64,000 nucleotides of DNA from Pirellulales bacterium (lineage in GTDB: Bacteria > Planctomycetota > Planctomycetia > Pirellulales > UBA1268). The notes under the pieces are model-generated. The model made no database searches and was not told the origin of the DNA. It saw only the letters and a list, made by a program, of their open reading frames with translations. The stretch spans positions 33,072 through 97,071 of the forward strand of contig JAFMIU010000005.1 in assembly GCA_017853835.1 (NCBI GenBank). The letters run 5' to 3'. The translations under genes were made by a program, and so were the position numbers. Positions 42,501 through 51,486 of this stretch are shown here, one piece after another. Position 1 is the stretch's first letter. The number at the start of each line of letters is the position of its first letter.

Positions 42501-45500
42501 CCGGCGGAGGAGGCGGTCGGCGGTCTCGTCGAGTTCGCGAAAGCCAGGGTCGATGCCAGCTTCCAGCGGCCGCTCGCGGAGCAGGCGGCCGGCGAAGGAA
42601 TGAATCGTTCCGATCACCATCGAATCGACCCGGTCACGAGCGGCGGTGAACCGGTCGCGTTCGATTGGATCGGTCGTTTCAACGGCGAGTCGCTGCAGTT
42701 TCTCACGGAATCGTCGACGGAGTTCACTCGCCGCCTTTTTCGTGAACGTCACCGCGACAATGCCTTCCGGAGCGGCAGTGCCCGTGCGAACGAGCGCCAG
42801 CATGCGATCGACCATGCAGGTGGTTTTGCCTGTGCCAGCCGCTGCTTCAACGAGGAACGTGGTGCCCAGGTCGGCGCGGATGCGCTGGCGAACATGCTCG
42901 TCCGGAGGGAGCGCAGGCACCGCCGGATGCGGCGTGAGATCGAAGGGGGCGTCGTGAGGAAGGCGTCGTTCCAGAAGCCGGCGGGGAGAGGGTTGGCGGC
43001 GAAGCGTGGCAAACAGGTTTTGAAGATCTGCCGAAGCCGCCAGCTTCCGGGCGGCCTCGCGGGCGACGGTGCGTGGGTCGCCGCAGATCGTGGCGAAATC
43101 ACAGAAGCCACAGTCGGCGGTCGAGTCGGTTGGCAGGAAGGCGCCGTGGCGGGTGATGTCGGCAAGCTGACGAACGAGCGTCGTGCACTGGTCGAGCTGG
43201 GCGGTCGTCCATTCCAGACGCCGCCCCTTGCCGGCGCGGGTCGGAAAGAAATACCCAAACCGCTCGACATCGCCACCCGCGAGCTCGCCGTCGGCCGATT
43301 GGAGGCGGGCCCGCAGCATGACGACGTAGAGGCCGTGCTGCAGCCGTCGGCCTCCCTGAAACGGATCGTCCTCGGCCATCGACGGAAAGCCGTAGCCGCT
43401 GCCGCTTTTGTAGTCCCAGAGGGTGTATGACGGGGAGCCTTCGGCATCCCGGACGTCGATGCGATCGATGCGGCCTCGAAGACGGATCGTTTTCCCGTCG
43501 GTGAGTTCGACAGACACCGGCTGTCGGCAGTCGAACGGCGTTCCTTCGGCCGAAGGCTCCAGTCCGATCGCCGCCTCGAGGGCCATGGGGCGTCGGCCCG
43601 TCTCACGGCACGACCGCTCCTCATCGTGCAGGAAGGTGTGCATCGTGAGCCGGAGTTCCTCGCGACGCGCATCAAAGGCGAGGGCCGTGAGCGGGGGATG
43701 CCGTTGGCTGCTCGCCTCGAGCTCCTCGTCGAGAATCTCGTAGAGCTCCTCGAGATGCTGCTCGACGTGTGGAAGCTCACCACGATCGATCAGCCCCCGC
43801 ATGAACCGCTCGAGCACCGTGTGCATGAGGCTGCCGGCATCGAGCGGCGTGAGCCATTCGCCGGTGTCGTCGTCCGCCGGGGAGAGCGGTTCGATCTCCA
43901 GGCCGTAGCGAAAAAAGAAGCGACGAGGGCATGCGCCGATCGTTTCGAGACTGTGGGGCGAAGCCGCACGGCCGTCGGCGACACGCGGGTCGAGATCCTC
44001 GCCGGCCGCGGGCACATGGCCATCGTGAGGCGTGAAGGCATCCGATGCGCGGGCAGCCACGGCAACCTGACCATGCGTCAGATGGTCGCGATGGGCGCCG
44101 AGGGCCGCGCGGACGTCGGAGGCCGTGGCGAGCGGACCGAGCGTGGCCAGCCACCATTGGGATTCATCGAGCGCCAAGGAAGCATCGGTCGGGACGAGCG
44201 TTTCGGGGGGAGGGAGGGCCGCGAGGAGATCGTCGGTGGTTGCGAACGGCCTGCCCGTGGCGCGGGCATGGAGCGCCACGAGGGCCGGCGACGGAAACAC
44301 CTCGGAATCGTCGCCGGTGTCGCGGCAGGTGAAGCCGACCCACACCTCGCCTCGAACGCGGGCGAGGAGTCGGTGCCACAGGTCGAGCGCACGGGCCGCG
44401 GCATCACGAGCCACGGAAAGGGGGGCATCGGGGGTCGTGGCATTGATCATGCCGCGATCTCCGTCGGTGAGCACCGGATCCGTGACGCCCCCTCCGGGAA
44501 ACCGATTCTCGTCGAGGCCAAGCACGAAGGTGTATGGACGTCCGGAGTGGCCTCCTGCCGGAAGACCGCAGACATGCAGGCACCCTGGGCGTGGGCCGGC
44601 ACCGAGGACGACGAGTTCGGCGGGAAGCTGCTCCAACCAGTCGAGCATGTCGTCGGCCGTGGCGGTGGTCGACGTTCCGCCCCAGTGCAGCATGGCATCG
44701 AGTTCGTCGAGGAGTTTGCGTCGGGCGTTGCCATCAAACTCGCTGTCGCGAGCCGCCAGGAGGTCGATGAATCGCCTGGCGCCCGTGAGCACATCCTCGG
44801 CCGTTGGGTGCGGTCCTCCCTCGCACTCACTGAGCGTCGTGGCGAGGGTGGCGAGGCAGGAGAGCCGCTGGGAGATTCGAGCCTTGCGATCAGCGAGCTG
44901 CTCATCCGTAAGGAGGTCTGCCGGCATGGCGCCATCGTCGTCATCACGGCGACGGGCGAACGCCTCCGGAGGCAGGCCCGCGGTTCGCGCTGCGGCGGCG
45001 CCGAGCATCGCGGTGGTGCGTTCGAGGCCGCGGCCGATTATCACCCCGCGAAGCTCGCGGATGAGCGACGACGCCTGGGGAGGATCGCTCACGAGTTCGC
45101 TGAGGTCGAGCACGCCGTCTCGAAGCATGCGTTCGAGGCCCAGCTGGGGATGGCCTTCGCGACGCCATGCCAGCCAGTCGGCGAGGGCTCGACCAGGCTT
45201 GGAATCGGCCAGGGGCAAACCTTCGGCAAACGTCACCGGAAGGTGTCCGGGGCCGTCGACCGACGACGGGGGCGACGGAAGGGCTGCGACGATCTCGCGG
45301 ATGAGTGATGGATAGGTCGAGTCGTCGGTGTGAACGACCTCGATCTCATCGAGCCGAAGGCCACGCGCGAGGCAGGTACGAAGCACATGCCGCACTTCAT
45401 TCGCTTCGCCCGAGGCGCGAAAGATGGTGCACGGGGAGGGAGGGGCCTCATCGTGGGCTGGCGGATCGGTGGGCAGGCGACGGACGAGCACTCCCGGTGC

Positions 45501-46274
45501 CGACGAGAGCGCATCGAGAAGGCGTCGCTGGAGCTTGGGCAGGTCGAGGTCGTCGGGCACGAGAAGCCGCCGGATATCGGGCGGCACGGTTCCTTCCATG
45601 ACCCGCTTGATCGCCAGCTTCAGCTGGCTGGCCTGATCGACCAGCCGCATCGACTGCAGCGTCGCGTCGTAGCGGTCGAGGAGAAGTCCGAGGTCGTGGG
45701 CCTTGTCGGATCGACGAAGGCCCCGGGTGACATCCTCGGCCGTGATGTCGGCGAGGCGGAGCGATTCGAGGCTCGCGAGGATGCGATCTGCCAGACGATG
45801 GAGTGGTACCGAGGTGTCGATGAACGACCGGAGTTCGTTCTGGCTCTCCGCGAGCGCCCGTTCCACTGCGACCAGTTTGGCTCGAGGAGGAGCGAGCCGG
45901 GTGTTGTGACGCGCGAGGTCATCGGCGACGAGGTCGAACGCGAGAGCCGAGAGAGTCGTGACCCGCACGTTGACAGGACGGTGGCCGAGCCGCGCGAGCG
46001 TTTCAAGCCACGCGTTGCCCACACGGCGCGAGGGTGCCACGAGCCAGATGCCTGGGGAAGCCTGGCCGGCGACGGGGGCACCAGGCTCGCGGTGCAGCTC
46101 GTCGAGCGCCGCCGCGATGGAGGCGATGAGCGTGTTGGGCGTCGGGGGCGTGCGGCCCGGTATCCCCTGGGCGCAGGGAGCCAGACGGGAGCGGTCGGGC
46201 ACACGAACCTCGATCGCGTGCCAGGCGATCGGCGCAGCAGAGGCCGCAGCGGTGGTCTTCCGTGACGGGGGCAT
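39531..46274 (-). CDS. Single-chain AddB-AddA (helicase-nuclease) fusion, 2247 aa
   Basis: AddB-like half with CPRRFF...RGRIDRID...DYKSG...CGFCDFATIC. AddA-like half with AAAGTGKTT, TFT, VDEFQDTD, VGDPKQSLYRFR, NFRS, HKAKGLE, YVAATR and nuclease RGVIDLV...DWKTD...QVELY. Confidence 0.9.
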   Translation of the reverse strand: MPPSRKTTAAASAAPIAWHAIEVRVPDRSRLAPCAQGIPGRTPPTPNTLIASIAAALDELHREPGAPVAGQASPGIWLVAPSRRVGNAWLETLARLGHRPVNVRVTTLSALAFDLVADDLARHNTRLAPPRAKLVAVERALAESQNELRSFIDTSVPLHRLADRILASLESLRLADITAEDVTRGLRRSDKAHDLGLLLDRYDATLQSMRLVDQASQLKLAIKRVMEGTVPPDIRRLLVPDDLDLPKLQRRLLDALSSAPGVLVRRLPTDPPAHDEAPPSPCTIFRASGEANEVRHVLRTCLARGLRLDEIEVVHTDDSTYPSLIREIVAALPSPPSSVDGPGHLPVTFAEGLPLADSKPGRALADWLAWRREGHPQLGLERMLRDGVLDLSELVSDPPQASSLIRELRGVIIGRGLERTTAMLGAAAARTAGLPPEAFARRRDDDDGAMPADLLTDEQLADRKARISQRLSCLATLATTLSECEGGPHPTAEDVLTGARRFIDLLAARDSEFDGNARRKLLDELDAMLHWGGTSTTATADDMLDWLEQLPAELVVLGAGPRPGCLHVCGLPAGGHSGRPYTFVLGLDENRFPGGGVTDPVLTDGDRGMINATTPDAPLSVARDAAARALDLWHRLLARVRGEVWVGFTCRDTGDDSEVFPSPALVALHARATGRPFATTDDLLAALPPPETLVPTDASLALDESQWWLATLGPLATASDVRAALGAHRDHLTHGQVAVAARASDAFTPHDGHVPAAGEDLDPRVADGRAASPHSLETIGACPRRFFFRYGLEIEPLSPADDDTGEWLTPLDAGSLMHTVLERFMRGLIDRGELPHVEQHLEELYEILDEELEASSQRHPPLTALAFDARREELRLTMHTFLHDEERSCRETGRRPMALEAAIGLEPSAEGTPFDCRQPVSVELTDGKTIRLRGRIDRIDVRDAEGSPSYTLWDYKSGSGYGFPSMAEDDPFQGGRRLQHGLYVVMLRARLQSADGELAGGDVERFGYFFPTRAGKGRRLEWTTAQLDQCTTLVRQLADITRHGAFLPTDSTADCGFCDFATICGDPRTVAREAARKLAASADLQNLFATLRRQPSPRRLLERRLPHDAPFDLTPHPAVPALPPDEHVRQRIRADLGTTFLVEAAAGTGKTTCMVDRMLALVRTGTAAPEGIVAVTFTKKAASELRRRFREKLQRLAVETTDPIERDRFTAARDRVDSMVIGTIHSFAGRLLRERPLEAGIDPGFRELDETADRLLRRQAWRAFVTMAPTDHPHLLADLQSVGLRLGDLSDLFIDRFATYGDVESWPVSATPAPDIAALLGPIEAFVTAIEAETFSPPADRGSDPLMNALEQFARLARRCDTSSIVAVMDLVKELDRSPKAVQSYWQGTEGTPAEPALSGKERARHWNDAWTRLRDSVALPALWQWRAHRYPAAIAALRAALATYDRLRASRGVLSFQDLLGTSAKLLATHPEVRRSFRARYTHILVDEFQDTDPIQAEMLLLLTATDPTQTNWRHCQPVPGSLFVVGDPKQSLYRFRRADIVTYNTVRNTIEQHGTVLALTTNFRSRHDLVTWTNDVFGDQFPPSTTAESPSFTPSTSGRREAPPSGQERQWLTGVRALRFVRNGSAGDHWAEAEGHAIASFIRHAIDTGMAVPRTPDEIAKGITTACRPGDFMLVARERKHLGLYAAALHAAGLPVDVTGTLGTDQAEPLRDLRTCLAAVADPDDPVAILALLRGAVFGFSDADLYEYHAAGGRFTGVIDVPASLPEPLRARLTGARNAFARWRTWLRNLPIAATVERIVDDAGLFLLASLANGEAGPRGRAVAGLILKFLEQLRSDRMDVVSVHDCLDLLDDMVGDEARAEFDPLTIDVPSNDRIRIMNLHKAKGLEAPVVFLVDYQKRRVSDDVESGPFLRINRLHDQTVGYLAVTTSAGWSSSIIAAADDWETHARAERAFEAAEQIRLDYVAATRPGTCLVVSLFERHHPATKSRPESFVGEGAWERFVGGLASVPDLPTAASGSPAASAPVAAPHPASPAGRLSSRVASIHEPTFARISPRDLLTEPAEAIRFTGDGLGEAWGRAIHRILELASRGAAFDVAAAAATALSGEEISEAHLDRAITTVRDVLASDLWARALASGARFVEVPFSLQVRGEDLPVSVRSVTAAEQPLPTVIRGVIDLVFADPVDGSWTVVDWKTDSVASGSEAMLDAHYRPQVELYAECWRLVAPQDPSPGPSSTPAPSPKSSP

Positions 46275-46300
46275 GAACGCCTATTGTGTTCAGGCGTTCA
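46274..46300. promoter_or_regulatory. Perfect 9-bp inverted repeat overlapping the addBA start (candidate operator)
   Basis: TGAACGCCT-attgtgttc-AGGCGTTCA; first base is part of the start codon. Confidence 0.5.
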
Positions 46301-46354
46301 GTTTCGAAAAGGGGGGCGGCTGGCGGGCGGGAAAACCGGCCGTTGCCGACAGGG

Positions 46355-48055
46355 TCAGGTCGTGTGGTCGTCCGACAGGATCGGACGCATCAGAAGGCCG
46401 GTCGACGAAGTTTTCGCAGACGGCATGTCTCGCACGTCGTGCGCGGGAGGGGCCGGTTCCACCACGGGGCCGGCGGCGGGAGCCAGGGTCGGGGTGTCTT
46501 CCTTCGGCACGATGGCGGAGGGCGTGTCGGCGGGTTCGGGGATCGCCTTCAGCGACGCTCCGGCAGGGCTCTCGATCACCGGCTTGTCCGCCTGCCGAGG
46601 CTCGGCGGTTGACGGTGCGACATGACCGAGGCTCGAGGCGGTCCAGCCTTCGGTGGCGACGGCGGCTGCGTCGGCGGGCTTGTCGCTATAGGTTTTGATC
46701 GGGCCTGACGAGGCGGGTGATTCCGGGCGGGCTGCCGATGCCGCCGGCGCGGGAACCTGTTCGATGGAGGGTGCCGTCGACAGGGTCGGGGCTGCCGATG
46801 TCGTGGCAGGAGCGGTCGACACAGGGTTGCCACAGGGGTCGAGGGCCACCTTGGTGACAACCGTGCGAGGCATTCGCACCGTGTAGGAATAGGGGGTCTT
46901 CTTTTCGACGACCCGTGGAACCTGCATGGTGCGTTCTTCGGTGACGTACTTCATCACCTGAACCTGCACCGGCTCAACCTTCTCCTCGGTGACCATTTTG
47001 CAGACCTGCACGGCAACCTGCTGCACCTGTTCCTCCGGCACCATCTTGCAGACCTGCACCGGAACCTTGTTGTCAACACGTTCGACGACCTTGCGCACGG
47101 TCTGCACGGGCACCTGTCGAACGGCCGTTTCCGCGACCATCTTCATCGACTGCACCGGCACCTGCGTCACGACCTGCTCGTCGACGTAGCGGACAGTCTG
47201 CACGGGCACCTTCTGGGTGACCACGCGGTTGACATAGGTCGTTTCCGGCACCTGCACGGGCGTGGCGGTTGGCTGGTAGACGCGATTCACCTGGTTCACC
47301 ACGGTGCCCGGCGTCATCACCCACTGGTAGCCGCCTCGCTGCCAGACCGCGAGGCCGGTGGCCGGATCGATCACCCATCCTCCGGGAGCCCAGCCGAGAG
47401 CCGTCGCCCCGGGCGTCACGACCGGCGTGACGGTGTCGACGGCCTGGCTCCCGATCGAATATGCGGTGCGCATCTGGGTGACCGGTTCGCTGACGGTGTA
47501 AGCCTGCTCCCGCTCACTCGTTTCGTAGACGGGCTTCCGGACCGTTTGCACCTGCTGCTGCATCACGGTTTCGTACACGGGCTTCATCACTGTGTATTGC
47601 TCTTCACGAGTCGCCGTTTCGACCACGTCGCGGGTCACGTCGTAGCTGCGGTCTTCGATCACGGTCTCGTAGACCGGCTTCATCACGGTGGTCCGCTCTT
47701 CACGGGTCTGGGTTTCCCACACCGGCTTCTGCACGGTGTAGCGGCGCTCCTGCGTCTGCGTTTCCCAGACCGGCTTCTGCACGGTGTAGGTCTTCGTGTC
47801 GTAGACCGTTTCGTAGGAGACCCGTTCCGCCGTCACGACGCGTTCGTCGTAGACCGTTTGGTAGTCGAGGCGGTAGGTCTGGGTGGGCATCGCCGGGGCG
47901 GCCGGCGCGACGACGGCCCCACCACCACAGCCACATTCGGCGGAGGCGGTCTGGATCGCCGGCGACTGCGGTGCCATCACCAGCACGGCCGCGAAGAACG
48001 CATGGAGACGTTGAACAAAAGTCGAACGGGGGTCACGGCCGCCAGACGTTGTCAT
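46355..48055 (-). CDS. YTV-repeat secreted/envelope protein
   Basis: CAGGAG RBS, signal peptide, CGC, repeated YTVxKPV(W/Y)ET units, V/Q-rich repeats, Pro/Ala-rich tail. Confidence 0.85.
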   Translation of the reverse strand: MTTSGGRDPRSTFVQRLHAFFAAVLVMAPQSPAIQTASAECGCGGGAVVAPAAPAMPTQTYRLDYQTVYDERVVTAERVSYETVYDTKTYTVQKPVWETQTQERRYTVQKPVWETQTREERTTVMKPVYETVIEDRSYDVTRDVVETATREEQYTVMKPVYETVMQQQVQTVRKPVYETSEREQAYTVSEPVTQMRTAYSIGSQAVDTVTPVVTPGATALGWAPGGWVIDPATGLAVWQRGGYQWVMTPGTVVNQVNRVYQPTATPVQVPETTYVNRVVTQKVPVQTVRYVDEQVVTQVPVQSMKMVAETAVRQVPVQTVRKVVERVDNKVPVQVCKMVPEEQVQQVAVQVCKMVTEEKVEPVQVQVMKYVTEERTMQVPRVVEKKTPYSYTVRMPRTVVTKVALDPCGNPVSTAPATTSAAPTLSTAPSIEQVPAPAASAARPESPASSGPIKTYSDKPADAAAVATEGWTASSLGHVAPSTAEPRQADKPVIESPAGASLKAIPEPADTPSAIVPKEDTPTLAPAAGPVVEPAPPAHDVRDMPSAKTSSTGLLMRPILSDDHTT

Positions 48056-48253
48056 GGGTTCACTCCTGAAGAAGACCCTTCGAGACTAATCAGGAGTACG
48101 CGGCTCACAAGCCGCTCGGCCCACGAAACATGAGGTTTTTTTCCGAAAAAAACGGGGAATGGCGGCATGGCCGGCGCAATCGTCCTATTTTCCGGCCGGG
48201 ACGGCCCTGACCGGGGGCCCTGGGGAAGCCGCGGAAAACGGGAGCTTTCCCGG

Positions 48254-48748
48254 TCAGACCAGCTTCTCGACAAGCCTTCGGCTGTGGAGATCGAGGCCGG
48301 CAATGCTCAGGATTCGATACCGCATCCCGAAGGTGTCCGTGATGAACACGCTGCCGTCCGGCTGCCGGGCGATGTCGTCGGTGTGGGCGACTCGAAATCG
48401 ATGCGGACCGCGGTCGGTGATCACGCTCCATTCCGTCGGTTCAGCGACCGAGACAGACTCGATGCGTTCGATGACGGGAAGAAACTCCCGAACCGAGAGC
48501 TCCCGTTCGAGGAGCGTGCGAAGCGACGAGGGCTGCGTGGCGAGCGATTGCACCCAGGCCAGTTCGCCCCCATCGGCGGCGATAATCGCCACAGGACCGG
48601 AGGGCGCGGTTACCGGGAACGCCCGCAACACGTCGACATCGATGTGTTCGCGACCATGGGCATCGACAAAGTCGAGACGGCCGTGTCCATCCCGAATCAA
48701 CCTCCAGCCCTCGGGCGAGTCGCCGCTCGTCGTCGTGTCATTTGGCAT
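48254..48748 (-). CDS. DUF1854-family protein (cyanophycin-locus associated)
   Basis: V..LRAFPVTAP...ELAWV...LERELSVREFLPVIERI...W.V.TDRG...ITD.FG.RY.I..L..LD..SRRL. Confidence 0.85.
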   Translation of the reverse strand: MPNDTTTSGDSPEGWRLIRDGHGRLDFVDAHGREHIDVDVLRAFPVTAPSGPVAIIAADGGELAWVQSLATQPSSLRTLLERELSVREFLPVIERIESVSVAEPTEWSVITDRGPHRFRVAHTDDIARQPDGSVFITDTFGMRYRILSIAGLDLHSRRLVEKLV

Positions 48749-48775
48749 GGGTGGTTGATTCCGGAAACGTGGTGA

Positions 48776-51082
48776 TCAGACGCCGCTGGCGGCTTCCTCG
48801 TCCGCCTTCATCTGTGCATGGTAGAGGCGTGCGTACATCCCGTCGGCGGCGAGGAGTTCGTCGTGCGTGCCGATTTCGACAATCCGTCCGGCGTCGAGGA
48901 CCACGAGGCGATTGGCTCGCCGAAGGGTCGAGAGGCGGTGCGCGATCGCGATCGTCGTGCGGCCGGCAACGAGCCGGTCGATGGCAGCCTGGATGACGGC
49001 TTCCGTCTCGGCGTCCACGCTCGACGTGGCCTCGTCGAGGATCAGGATTCTCGGATCGACGAGCAGGGCTCTGGCGATGGAGAGTCGTTGGCGTTCGCCA
49101 CCGGAGAGGCCACCGCCTCGTTCGCCGACTCGGGAGTCGTAGGCCAGCGGCTGGGAGAGGATGAAGTCGTGGGCTCCGGCCGCCCGAGCGGCCTGGACGA
49201 CCGACGCCTGCGGGGCATCGGGCCGTCCATAGGCGATGTTGTCGGCGATCGTGCCGAAGAACAGAAACGGCTCCTGCAGCACGCAGCCAAGATGCCGGCG
49301 ATAGTCGGCGATGTCGATGTCGCGGAGATCGACACCATCGACCCGGATGGAGCCGCTGGACGGGTCGTAGAACCGGCAGACGAGGTTTGCCAGCGTCGAC
49401 TTCCCCGACCCGCTCGTGCCCACCAGGCCGATCATCTCGCCCGGTTCGATCACGAGATCGATACCGTGAAGCACTTCCCGTGCACCGTATCGGAAATGGA
49501 CGCCGGAGATCTCGATTCGGCCCTCGACCCTACCGAGTTGAACGGGGCGAGGTGATTCAGCGACCGTCGGCTTGCAGTCGAGAATCTCGAAGATGCGCTG
49601 CGCGCTGGCGGCGGCCCGCTGCGTGGCAGGCACCATGCGGATCATCGACTCCACGCGGCCGTAGAACCGGGCGATGTACGCCAGAAAGGCTGTCAGTCCA
49701 CCAACCGTCACGCTCCCGGAAAAAACGAGCCACGCCCCGCACGCCCAGACGACGAGCAGCCCGACCTCACTGAACAGGCTCACGAGCGGCCCGGTAAACG
49801 ACCACACCACATTGACGCGATCGTTGGCGTCGAGGACGCGATCGTTGGCCGATGCGAATCGCTCGACTTCACGGCGTTCCTGCGCGAAGGCCTTCACCAC
49901 GCGAATGCCCGGAATGGTGTCGGCCAGCACGCTCGTCATGTCGCTCCAGGCCACCGCGGCACGGGCGAATCCGCGGCGAAGCCGCTCGCGAACGGCGTAG
50001 ATGAGCCAGACCACGAACGGAAATGGCACGAGCGTGAGGATCGCGAGAAGGGGGTTGAGCCAGACGAGCACTGTCGCCGTCAAGGCCAGGAGCATCACGT
50101 TCGACGAAAACTCGATGAGGTTCACCGACAGGAAGATGTTGATCTTGTCGGTATCGCTGCCGACGCGGGCCATCAGGTCGCCGGTGCGTTTCCCCTGGAA
50201 AAAGTCGAGCGAGAGGGTCTGCATGTGGGCGTAGGTTTTCGTCCGTAGCCCGGCGGCGATTCGTTCGCTCACCCAGGCCAGCGTCCAGGTTTGTGCCCAC
50301 GACAACAGCCAGGCGGCGACCGCCGCGGCCAGCAGGCCGCCGAGATACCACCACACCGTCGCAAACGGGATGTCGGTGCCGTTCTGTCTCGGGATCAAGA
50401 CCCGATCGACCAGTGGCATGGTGAGGTAGGGGGGAACCAGCGCCGCCGTCGTGCTCGCGAGTGACAGCATGCACCCGAAGATCGCCATGGCGGCATGCGG
50501 GCGAGCAAAGGTGATGAGCCGTGCCAGGGCCCGCCAGGATGCCGTTCCACCACCAGGGTCGTCGTCGAGCCCGCGGGCTGCCACCGCTGGTGGCGTTTCG
50601 GATTCAGTGGCCTCGGCGCTGCCGCGGGAGGCCATGTTCGTCGTCGTCGAGGTCGATTCCGAAAGGCCATCAGGTCCGGCGACCCTGGCGTCGAATGCGT
50701 CTTCAAGCGCATGGATGGCGGCGGCTCGCGCCGGGGTGAACAGCCATCGCGCCACGATGCGTTCACCATCAAAGAGTTCGACCCGTCCCACGGCCGAACG
50801 CAGCTGCACATCCAGGCGTGTCGTCGCGCCGATCGGCCATGAGTGCGGGCCGGACGTGGTCGACGAGGTGCCTGGGGAGGCCGCATGGGCCGGCTCGTCG
50901 GCGATCACGCGTTTGGTGGTGAGGACGATCCAGCCATCCCGAAACTGGAGACGGCCATCGAGATCACATCGAGCCACGGCCAAGACCGTCTCGCTCGGGC
51001 CCAAGGCGATGCCATGCGTCCAGGGCAGGCCCAGCGAGGTTGCGGGCGGGATGGGACTCGTGAGTGGCCGACGGGTGGGCAT
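48776..51082 (-). CDS. ABC exporter (TMD+NBD) with extra N-terminal domain, cyanophycin-locus type
   Basis: N-terminal DLDGRLQFRDGWIVLT domain, TMD, GTSGSGKST, LSGGERQR, ILDEATS, IAHRLST. Confidence 0.9.
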   Translation of the reverse strand: MPTRRPLTSPIPPATSLGLPWTHGIALGPSETVLAVARCDLDGRLQFRDGWIVLTTKRVIADEPAHAASPGTSSTTSGPHSWPIGATTRLDVQLRSAVGRVELFDGERIVARWLFTPARAAAIHALEDAFDARVAGPDGLSESTSTTTNMASRGSAEATESETPPAVAARGLDDDPGGGTASWRALARLITFARPHAAMAIFGCMLSLASTTAALVPPYLTMPLVDRVLIPRQNGTDIPFATVWWYLGGLLAAAVAAWLLSWAQTWTLAWVSERIAAGLRTKTYAHMQTLSLDFFQGKRTGDLMARVGSDTDKINIFLSVNLIEFSSNVMLLALTATVLVWLNPLLAILTLVPFPFVVWLIYAVRERLRRGFARAAVAWSDMTSVLADTIPGIRVVKAFAQERREVERFASANDRVLDANDRVNVVWSFTGPLVSLFSEVGLLVVWACGAWLVFSGSVTVGGLTAFLAYIARFYGRVESMIRMVPATQRAAASAQRIFEILDCKPTVAESPRPVQLGRVEGRIEISGVHFRYGAREVLHGIDLVIEPGEMIGLVGTSGSGKSTLANLVCRFYDPSSGSIRVDGVDLRDIDIADYRRHLGCVLQEPFLFFGTIADNIAYGRPDAPQASVVQAARAAGAHDFILSQPLAYDSRVGERGGGLSGGERQRLSIARALLVDPRILILDEATSSVDAETEAVIQAAIDRLVAGRTTIAIAHRLSTLRRANRLVVLDAGRIVEIGTHDELLAADGMYARLYHAQMKADEEAASGV

Positions 51083-51470
51083 GGTGGCGAATGGGCTCGT
51101 CGGCAGAGGGTTGGAAGGAAAAGCCGGGAAAAACGCTTATTTGGTGGATCGACGATGGCGTGAACCAGAGAGACAAAACCCGCCGACAGAAACTTGCGTG
51201 GCCTTCCTGACCTACCTAAATTGTTGGCTTGCTTCCGTGCAAAACCTTTTTTGAAAAACTCGGCCTGCCCGCGAAATCCCTGAGAGACCACACGCTCTCA
51301 ACGTGTCTGCGAGCCAGCCTCAAGACTGTAGTTTTTTCCCACCTGCCTGCCGTGATTGGCCATTTTTGCCAAGCCCCTCGGCACCTTCATTCGTGATTCA
51401 CGCCTCGGGAATGCGATCTGACTCGGTATTTCAGCATGCTCTGGCCCTTCGGGGCGAGCAATGCCTGGAT

Positions 51471-51486
51471 TGGCACGGCACGTGCT
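51471..51486 (+). promoter_or_regulatory. Sigma54 (-24/-12) promoter candidate for cphA
   Basis: TGGCACGGCACGTGCT has TGGCACG and GG-N10-GC, in an AT-richer intergenic region, pointing at cphA. Confidence 0.6.

Noticed and set aside
47570-47820. Near-identical ~30-bp direct repeats with 48-bp period, CRISPR-like at first sight
   Set aside because: They are in-frame YTV protein repeats (16 aa); no unique spacers or cas genes.
48135-48153. GTTTTTTT-CCG-AAAAAAAC palindrome upstream of the YTV gene
   Set aside because: Low-complexity; cannot distinguish an operator from an AT-rich promoter element.
51281-51300. CTGAGA-containing hairpin resembling part of a TPP riboswitch
   Set aside because: The rest of the THI-box consensus is missing; I also saw none upstream of thiS/thiG or thiE.
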